Assembly: GCF_001194135.2 (NCBI RefSeq)
Contig: NC_068994.1
Location: forward strand, 4,211,519 to 4,275,518
Direction: 5' to 3'
DNA: 64,000 nt
Source of the DNA: Octopus bimaculoides
Lineage: Eukaryota
Below are positions 1 to 9,860 of the stretch, one piece after another. The notes beneath the pieces are model-generated. The model worked only from the letters and a program-made list of their open reading frames with translations, was not told the origin of the DNA and ran no database searches. Position 1 is the first letter of the stretch. Every line of letters starts with the position of its first letter. Both the position numbers and the translations under genes were made by a program.

Positions 1-2989
1 CTGTTTGACAATCAATGTTGTGCTTATGTCCCTGTAACTTAGCAGTTCGGCACAGGGGACCAATGGAATGAGTATCAGGCTGTAAAACAAACAAAATATA
101 AATAAAATACTGAGGTGGATTCATTTGACTAAAACTTTGTCATCATTCTGCGAGCTGGCAGAGTCGTTAGCACGCTGGGCAAAAAGACCATTTTGTCTGT
201 CTTCATGTTCTGAGTTCAAATTCCACCAAGGTCCACTTTACTTTTTATCCTTTCAGTATGGCCACAGTCTAATGACTGATACAAGTGAATGATAACACAC
301 ACACACACACACACTCTCTGCCATACACATTCGATGTTATTTGTTTCCAGTCTTCCAATGGTAAAAAATTTTTAAAAAATGCTTGTCTTGCTTAGAAACT
401 GATGGGGATTGGCAGGAGGAAGGGCATCTGGACATTGGAAATTTGCCTCCTTAAATTCCATAGTGTGGTGTGATTTAGTAGACTGCCATTTCTAGCAGGT
501 CATGCAACCATATAGTGGCTCCGTTCGGTTTGGGTGAGCACAACTAGGGTTTCTGACCCTGGGGAAGGGAAACAATTAAGACTGGGTCTGTTTGAAGAAC
601 TGCATCTCCTTCTTAACCCCAGCTGGGAGTATATTTATGGAGGAGCTGGGGTGGAGTGATTTGGGGTCAAAGGTCACTGCATTTATTTGGATGTCAGCTT
701 GAAGGTCACTGCAGTCATTAAATTTTGGAGGTCAGGTCAGTTGAAGTAATTATTTTTATGTTAAGAGTAGGGTGGAGCTGTTGTTGTTTAACCCTAGGTC
801 GTCCCTGATCAAACAGACCCCTAATCAAATACATATTCAGCCCGTTGTTTATCTAGGACTACATTATAGAATATGTTCTTGATTGACAGTTTGCGTTTTG
901 CAGTAATGATTATTATTACTATGTAAGGAGTTTATTATTCCCTGTGTGAACCCTTTGTGGATAAAGAAATCATCATCATCGTCATCATTCTGCAAGCTGG
1001 CAGAATCGTTAGCACCCCGGGCAAAAACAACATTTTGTCTGTCTTTACGTTCTGAGTTCAAATTCCACCGACATCCACTTTACCTTTTCATCCTTTCAGG
1101 GTCAATAAAATAGCTGTTGTGTACTGGGGGTTCGATGTAACTGACTTGGCCCCTCTCCTGAAATTACTGCTCTTCATTAGGTTCCCTGTCCTCGACGTAG
1201 CTATCGCACCAGACACATCTCCACTGGGTTACCTGTTCTAAATGTATTTGATACCCAAGTCCATCTCTAGTAGGTCACAGTCTTAGACATGGCTAATCTA
1301 TGAAACCATCTCCAGTGGTTGACCTTGCCCTAGATAATATGGCTGATCATCTCCAGTAGTATTTAATTGCAATGAAGTTATATGACATTAGCTTTCACAT
1401 TCATATGAAAAGAAAACAGGTTCTGTAAAAAACTGTTGGTCATCCGTAAGAACGAAATATGTTACAGTGAAGTTTGGATAAGTTCCTATGCTACCGGAGA
1501 CATTTTTGACTGAAATCTTTTTGTATTCTTAAACACCAGATTTCTTCTCCATCACGCTTAACAGTATTTCGTCAGTCAAATTCTGCTGAGATCAATTTTG
1601 CCTTTTATCCTTTTGGGGATTGATAAACTAAGTACCAGTTGCATACTGGAGTCGATTTAATTGACTGGGCAGAGTAGAAAAGAATATTGGTGACTGATTT
1701 CTTGGCATTTTTTTCCCTTTTTATCACAATAATTGCAAGCTCTTGATCGATATTAAAAAAATTGAAATTTAAAAAAAAAATTTTCGGATTTAAAATATGA
1801 TTTTTATAATTTTTAACTCTAAACTTAGTATTTAGGAAAAATTTCAACAAAGTTCTAAAAAACTTTTTCTTTTTTTTTTTTCTTTAAATCTGCGATTTCC
1901 ATTGTTGGGTACAGGAATCTGGGAGAAAAAAATTGGGACAAAATATTCATGTATGCCAGCTCTGGAGATTATCTGATGATGTCAGTATTTCCATTTTCAC
2001 TTTTTGTTCATAAAATAAAAGAACACTGATTTATTGTTTGTTTGTTTTTTGTCTTTACATGTGGGTCTACTTGATCATAATAAGGTCAGAAGTTCAGGCT
2101 TTACCTCTGACCACCATTACAGCCATTGTAACTTGACTTTGACCAAGGCATCTATAGTATACCTGGCTGAGAATATAAACAACTTCCACCCCTCACCTCA
2201 CAGTTCAGTGGTCAGTAGGGAACACCCAGATGTGTAATAAACACTTTTATACATATTACACCCAGCTTCCCAATATGGATTTTATTGTTGTTGTTGCTGC
2301 TGCTTATTGCTTTGTTTTTTATACCTAAATGGCTGTCCTATTGTTAACCAGCCAACTACTGTGCCATAGTTAAATATATATATATTTTTGAAAGCATTCA
2401 TAGTAAATTATAGATTTGTCTCAATAGGTCTGTGACTTATATTGAAAATAAGGAGACTGAACTGGGTAGAATTAGCAAGGCCACGAAGTGGTGTCCCTCG
2501 CTGAAGGTCTGAATGTAATGTATTGATTGCCTTGAAAAATTTGTGCTTTTTGAATCTGTTCATAAAAATGTTTAGCTCTCAGCCATCCCTGATTGTGCAA
2601 AGCAACCCTTTAGGATCACGTTGGACTGTTTTGTCTAAACTTTGAGATAGTGATTACTGGGAAATTTGGTTGCTGTTTCTAGAAGGTCAAACTACCCCAT
2701 ACATACCGTTTTGAGCTGTTTAAGTTACTATATCTAGCAATTTTAAAGCTATCTCTCTCATATTTTGCCCATTTATTCTGTTTTTATTTTATATTAGAAA
2801 TGGTGAATAATAGTGGCGTTGGTTACAGGTTTCTTATGAACCAGTAGTATAGTTCTTTTGCATTTAGAGTGACAAGTCAGTGTCTGTCTATTTTTAACTC
2901 AATGCAGAAACATCTCAAATGGCACGTCATTTCTAAATCACAGTACTTAAGTTTTTGTCAACAATATTTTCTCTATCCTCAACACTCAC

Positions 2990-3375
2990 AGGCGTCTGCG
3001 TAATTCCTGTCTACCGAACTTTATTCCAATTGTCTAACATGTCACACAATAGGATCGAACCTGCGAGGCGAAGTTCCAACGCAGCCAGTTTCCAAACCTG
3101 ACCAGAAAGGCAACGGTATCAGACAAACGTGTATAAAATGTGAAAATTTAAAGCAGCAAAATTTAACTGAATTTTAAAGTCCAGCAACTTACTTCATGAT
3201 ATGTGGCGTGTTGCACAGATATGAAAGCTAGCCAGTTGGCCGTCATCTCGACATGTTTGTGGACTGAAAGCAAGGAAGAGTCATTGAGGTCTTTTCCGTC
3301 TTCAGAGAACGACGCTGATTGGAAACGAGGCTGCACTGGTTTGGGTGATAATTAATGTGGTGGCGGCGGTGGTGG
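2990..3375 (+). promoter_or_regulatory. Putative promoter and non-coding first exon of ZNF-A
   Basis: CpG is locally retained. Plus-strand donor GGTGG|GTAAGT at 3376. Downstream acceptors at 9016 and 9421 lead to ZNF-A. Confidence 0.35.
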
Positions 3376-3560
3376 GTAAGTAGGTAGATAGAGAGGGGAA
3401 GAAAGTTCGGGGGGTGTAGTGAGGTAACAGCAAGAGGGGGAGGAAACGGGGAAAAGAAAGACATACTGATAGGTAGGTAGATAGATAGATAGATAAATAG
3501 ATCAAAAGTTGGCAGTCTACTCTGGAGTTTCGCCCCTGGCTGTTCACGAACTGTGTATGT
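3193..3560 (-). other. Putative first exon of a leftward gene, possibly coding MTANWLAFISVQHATYHE (3246-3193)
   Basis: CpG-bearing segment ending in the minus-strand donor TGAA|GTAAGT at 3192. An 18-codon ORF is open into the donor in phase 0. No downstream exon was identified and the 5' end is a guess. Confidence 0.3.
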
Positions 3561-4399
3561 GTGTATATACATACATACACACGTTTATGTTATAAGGAGA
3601 GTGCGGAGAGATATATACAGAACGAAGTGTTTGGAGATGAAAAAAAAATTGCCTGAGTGAAATTAGAAAGAAAGAGAGTACGTGGGAGTAAGAGGAGAGG
3701 TTGAATGGTGGTGGTGACGACTGTGGGTGTAATTAGACAGTGGAAGGTGGAGGGGGAAAGATGAAGTGGAGTCGGTGGGGGGAGTAAGAGGAGATGGTAG
3801 CGGCGGCGGAGAAGCTTGTAATTAGTGGAACGCGAGTGGGAGGAGGAAGGGAGTGGTGAGAGTAATAATTATTATTAGGACGTAGCGGGGGGGGGGGGAA
3901 GACAGATTTCAGTAGTTGATGTGGTGGTGGTGTTGGGGGAGATGAAAGAGGTGGGAAGGTTGTTGTTCTCTGTAAGATCTTCCTTCCACTTCGTTTATTT
4001 CCCCCTCACTCACTGCCGACGACTGATTCCTCTCTTACCACTACTCTCTTTCTTTGTGAGGTGTTGGTGTATGAATGGTTGAGAGAAGGGGAGGAGGTGT
4101 ACGACTCTGTCTGTCTGGCTAATTGTTTCTCTCTCTCTCTTACTCTCCTCTACACACTCTCCCTTGCTGAGGATTCCCTCAGCCTAGTGTGTATGTATAT
4201 ATATATGTATGTATGCGTGTCCTAGTTTATATGTACGTTTAACACACGCATAAACACACTACTGTAACATATGCGTATGTTAACGTGTGTGTATGCACAG
4301 GCTTTCACTCTGTCTTTACTCCCCTCACTCTCTATTTCTTACTTTCCCCTCTACTCTCTCTCCCTCCCCTGTCACTTGCCAATCTTTCTCTTTCTCACA

Positions 4400-5880
4400 T
4401 TTGTCCTTCACATTTTCTCCCTCTCTCGCTTTCATCTCTTAATCTCTCTCTGTTTTTCTCTGTGTTGACTATGGACATAGCTGTCTGTCTATTGATTTTT
4501 CCTCCTTTACCAACGGGATGGGGATGTCACAGTACAACACCACCGCCACCACCACCTATAATTCCTGCCATTCACACAACACCTCCACCGCTTCCTCCTC
4601 CACCTCCATACTTTATTGATTGATCATTGATTGTGAAGCCAGATTTTTACATTACTCAAACTCTCTCTCCCTCTCTCTCATTATCTCTATTCTCATTCCT
4701 AGATGTTTTTTTTCTTCTCTCTCATGCCATAGCTTCACTCCATCTTGCTTGTCATCTCTTTCACACACACGCACCACCACTCTACCATCAAGTCCTCAAC
4801 CGTTACGCTGCACCGCCGCTGCCACCATCTCCACCACCGCCAACTACTGCCATCATTATGCATCATCATTCTTCACACATCCCCTGTTCCCTTCACCGCC
4901 ACCACCACAGCTGTCATCACCGTCACTCCCCTCCTTTTCTTCCATCACCACCACCACTATTGCCAACGCTATTCTATCACCACTCACCCCACCCCCGCCG
5001 CCACCGCATCAAAAGTCCTTCCCCCCACCCCAGTCCATTGCCTCCTGTTGCCATTGATACTACTAACACACACACACACACATATCCAACGCNNNNNNNN
5101 NNNNNNNNNNNNNNNNNNNNNNNNNNNNNNNNNNNNNNNNNNNNNNNNNNNNNNNNNNNNNNNNNNNNNNNNNNNNNNNNNNNNNNNNNNNNNNNNNNNN
5201 NNNNNNNNNNNNNNNNNNNNNNNNNNNNNNNNNNNNNNNNNNNNNNNNNNNNNNNNNNNNNNNNNNNNNNNNNNNNNNNNNNNNNNNNNNNNNNNNNNNN
5301 NNNNNNNNNNNNNNNNNNNNNNNNNNNNNNNNNNNNNNNNNNNNNNNNNNNNNNNNNNNNNNNNNNNNNNNNNNNNNNNNNNNNNNNNNNNNNNNNNCGT
5401 TCTGCCAACAACCACCTCCATCAATGCCAATAGTCTCCTCTACCACCATCACCATCACCACCACCACCACTCTACATCCTGCCAATAGCTCCCCTCCCAC
5501 ACCAGCACCACCACTACCACTACCATTCAAACCACATACCTTGCCAACAGCCATCATCACCCCCACCACACACAGTAGCCACTACTAACTACCATTGTTG
5601 TCATCACCAATCCTTCCTACCATAATATACCTTGCCAATAGCCACTACCTCCAATTTCCTCCTCTTCATCCTTTCCAATAATTTATACCCTGCTGCTAAT
5701 AACTACCAATTCCCCCCACCCCATCGCCCACCACTGCCATTGTCTTCACCCTTCTTACCTTGACAATAGCCACCCCTGGCACCACCATCCATTTACCACA
5801 CATTCTGCCAATAGCTCCTTAGTCTTGAGACCCAAGAATGACCACCACCACCACCACACAACTATCTCTTTATGTTTGTC
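4400..5880. repeat. Degenerate (CAC/CAT/CT)n low-complexity tract
   Basis: Mosaic trinucleotide repeats spanning a gap. Confidence 0.85.
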
Positions 5881-6399
5881 ACCCAACAACCTCTGCTAGA
5901 CATAGCAGCCAAATCACATTCTTGCAAGATTCAGAAGAAAATACAGAGCCATCTTGGAACAATATAATAAAAAGAAACCCCTATTAATTACACTTGACCA
6001 AGGGGCTCAAACACATCAAGAGAACATTGTCCAAGGGTCTCTTCAAAAAACCCTTCCAAGCTTATTTATTTTCTGTTTTAATATTGCTTTTAATACAAAA
6101 CTCTGAGACTGCCCCCTGTCTCTTTGATAAAAACTTCTTGATTCAAAATCATTGCCCCTCAATTGTTTTTTCCCCCCTTTGATTCCTATTTTATTCTTGT
6201 GGACCTTCATGGCCATTTGAGGTTTAAAAGAATTCTTGTAATTGAATATTATCAGGAATTGTATTTAAAAAATGTTAAAATATCATTTTGTGTATTGTAG
6301 AATAATAATAATAATATTTTAACTGACAAAATCTTATAAGGACCCTCAAAGGTCATGTGAACACCAGCTGTAAAATTATTTACTGTTTTAATTTAAACC

Positions 6400-7215
6400 T
6401 TTTTGATACAAAACTCTTTGAAACTGCTACCTCTGTCCTCTTTATTACGAATTTCTTTCCATTAAAATTTTCGTGTTAATTTATGTTCCAAATGAAGTTA
6501 TGCTACTAAATTGTTCATTATTTTCAAAATTTATTGTAACAAAGACTTGTATTTAAATAGAAATATGTTAAGAGGGTGACAGTGATCTAAATTAAAAACC
6601 TTCCATGAAAATTTCATGTTAATTTATGTTCAAAACACAGCTGAATTTTTGGCAAATTATATTTCTAAATTCTTCATTATTCTCCAAATTAATTGAAAGC
6701 AAAAGTAGTTTATTTCAGCAGAAACAAGGTTAAAGTGATCTAAATTAAAAACTTCCATCAAAATTTCATATTAATTTGTTCCAAATACTATTAATAATGA
6801 TGACAAAAAGTATTTTTTAAAAATACCTTCATTATTTTCAAAATTAACTGAGACAGTGGTATTTCAAGAGAAATATGGTAACTAAAGGGTTAAAGTAATC
6901 TAACTAACCTTCTTCCATCAGGATTTTGTATTAATTTATGTTCCAAACACTAGCCTTAATTTGCGCTAATCATTTACTAGACAGTTCAAAATTAATTGAA
7001 TCAGAGTTAGTTTATTTCAACAGTGGTATTGTAACAAAAGGGTTAAAATGATCTAAATTACAAACCTTCCATCACAATTGCATGTTTAATTTATGTTTAA
7101 AACATCAGCTTTTTTAAGATGGACAAAGTGGTTTTGCTAAATTCTTCATCATATTCGAAATTGATTTAAACAACACTCAGTGTGTTTCAACAGAAATATT
7201 TTGACAAAAAGGTCA
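6400..7215 (+). repeat. Tandem array of ~155-bp units related to a piggyBac-like MITE
   Basis: (aaag)ggttaaagtgatctaaattaaaaccttccat recurs near 6572, 6725, 6885 and 7037. Related single copies at 13950-14168, 55342-55505 and 62590-62780. Confidence 0.75.
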
Positions 7216-7236
7216 AAACATCAGACACAAAATATT

Positions 7237-7567
7237 CCACTTGCCTCAACAACAAAGTTCTCTAGCCTCAGGCCAATCAAAGTCTTGTGAGTGGATTTGG
7301 TAGACGGAAACTGAAAGAAGCCTGTCATATATCTATTTATGTATATATTTATGTGTGTGTCTATGTTTGTACCCCGTCATCACTTGACAACCAATGCGGG
7401 TGTGTTTATGTCCCTATAACTTAGCAGTTTGGTAAAACAGACCAATAGAATAAGTACTAGGCTTACAAAGAACAAGTCCTGGGGTCGATTTTTTGGACTA
7501 AAAACCTTTCAGGCAGTGCTCCAGCATGGCTGCAGTCAAATGACTGAAACAAGTAAAAGAATATAAG
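7237..7567 (+). mobile_element. SINE family A (head truncated)
   Basis: Collinear with 25669-26040. Another 3' fragment at 1-90. Confidence 0.8.
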
Positions 7568-7959
7568 AGAAAATTTTGGGGTACTCAAAGTCTGTGGCAA
7601 AAAGAGAAAAAAAACACTGGAATTTTGAAGTAATCACACACAATCAACTGAAGATGACTTCTTTGTCGGGAAAATGTCTGGACAACACTTTTGTTCTTTC
7701 TGTCTGTGTTTCTTGGTGTGAATAGAGGTTTGCAGTAATGTTTTATAACCTAAGACAAATTTCCTGCAAGGCTGTCAATTGAGAATGACATGTGGGTGTG
7801 TCTTTCTGAAACTCTATCTGTAATTGAGTTACTCATTATAAAGAACCAACCTATTCCATCTAATTAAAATTGTCGTCGTCATCATCATCATCCTTTAATG
7901 GACATCAAAGGAGGAGGATGATGTAATATTAAATTAAATTCATTTCATATATAGGAACA

Positions 7960-8700
7960 AGATCAGAGATTTAAGGAGAAGGTGCAGTTGATTATATTGG
8001 CCCCAGTACATGACTGGTATTTCATTTTATTGACCCTGGAAGAAATGATAGGCTGACTAAAATATGGGACTTTGCTTTTTATCCTTTCGGGATTGATGAA
8101 ATAGGCGTACTACGGTCACTGTAATCGACTGGCCCCATCCCCCAAAATTTCAGACCCTGTGCCTATAACCGAAAGGATTATTCTTGTTGTTGTAGAGTTC
8201 AGATGTCACCAGGGTCGTTTCAGAATTGATAAAATAAGTACCGGTTATGTACTGGGGTCGATGTAATCGTTTTACCGCGTCCCTTGAAATTGCTGGCCTT
8301 GCACCAAATTTTGAAATAGTTGTTGTTGTTGTTAAGGCGGTGAGGCGGCAGAATCGTTAGCACACTGGGCGAAATGTTTAGCAGTATATCACTTGCCACT
8401 ACGTTCTGAGTTCAAATCCTGCTGAGGTTGATTTTGCTTTTTATCTTTTTTGGGGTCAATAAATTGAGTACCAGTCAAGTACTGGGGTTCGATGTGATCA
8501 ACTATACCCCTCCCCACAAATTGCAGGCCTTGTACCTACAGTAGAAAGGATTATCATTATTGTTGCTAAGGGGTAGAAGAGAGCTGGCAGGGTCACTATG
8601 GTAGCTGACAAATGACTTCTTTTCTTCTACTTGTCGCATTCTGAGTTCAAACACCACTGAAGTCAACATGACTTTCCATCCTTTCGGGTAAAGCCAGGCG
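7960..8700. mobile_element. Pile-up of at least 5 copies or fragments of short tRNA-derived SINE family D (best copy 8335-8545, +)
   Basis: ggcggtgag..ggcagaatcgttagcac...gttctgagttcaaat...tttatcc...gtaccag...ctggggtcgatg. Other copies at 150-260, 995-1170 and 1490-1680. Confidence 0.8.
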
Positions 8701-9016
8701 GCGGTGGGGTTGTTTTAGTTTTACAAGTTGCAAGGTATTATCCACAGTGCTGCCCCCACCCCCCACCCAATGCTCTGTAAAGTGATTGGTAATAAGCAAG
8801 GGAATCCGACCATAGACAATCTGCCAAAAATGACATTGGAACTTGACTTGCCAAACGTCTTCAACCTCTTCAAATTGGAAAGCAGACATCAAATAATGAT
8901 GAAAATGTTATGTATGCGCACGTGTGTGTATGTGTGTATAAACCTGTATAAACCTTGTAATGTAGTTTATTTTTCAGTTTATTTAATAATGTTTTTTTTT
9001 TCTATTTTTATTACAG

Positions 9017-9860
9017 GTTCTGCAGACTGGACTTGAACTTTTGGACATTTGACCAGTTCCACATACACACACAAATATATATATATATGTGTGTGTGTGT
9101 GTGCGTACAGCAGTCTGCTTGTGTACCTGTTTGCCCAGCTGTCTAATTAATTGACTCTTCTTCATTTCTTTATAACATAAACAAGTAAACTCGACAAAAC
9201 TCACACAGGGAACTCTTCACTCATACTCCACTCATTTCTCATCCATACTCATCTCATGTACATGTTGATAATGGATCCATATCTCCCAAAGACGTGTACT
9301 TGTAAATAACACTGCATGCCTCTCCATTTGATTTCTAATCAATTTAAATTGCAGAGTTCTCTCCCTTGCCTGTCATGACAAGAACTGTCACTAATGCTAA
9401 TTACTCTTCTTATCGTCACAGGTGTAGTTTCAATTGATTAAAAGAGAAAAAAAAAATCACTTTTCTGACCCAGAACATTTAAATAATATGTTAGCTTCTG
9501 CTACTTAACTAACAATGATATTTCTAGTTATATGTTGACATGAGGTCAGTAGAGATCGCTAAAACTGGAAAATCCTTGGCCAAACTGACTTAGATATGTT
9601 CGTTTCAGAGTTTACATAAGAGAAAGAAAACTGATTCCTTTTTTTTTTTCTTTTTTTTTTTTTTTTTTCAAAAAACTCAAACAAAACATAACTCTCTCTT
9701 TCCCTTCCTCTCTCTCTCTTACCAAAATACTTGATGTTGGTGTTATTGTTGTGTTCGTGAGGTAAAAAAGGATCAGGAGACACGTATATATATATATATA
9801 CACATATATATATATTAGGGGTTGGGTGAAAGGAAAACACCTTAAGTTTGGAAAACAAGG
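9017..9860 (+). other. Putative ZNF-A 5'UTR exons (9017-9184, and 9422 into the CDS exon)
   Basis: Acceptor tttttttctatttttattacag|g (9016), weaker donor caa|gtaaac (9185), and branch-like ctaat plus ttactcttcttatcgtcacag|g (9421). Confidence 0.4.

Noticed and set aside
3050-3115. tRNA-like stretch on the minus strand (cgcaggttcgatcc B-box, possible stem gtcag/ctggc)
   Set aside because: No acceptor stem or D-arm could be built. tRNAscan-SE would settle it.
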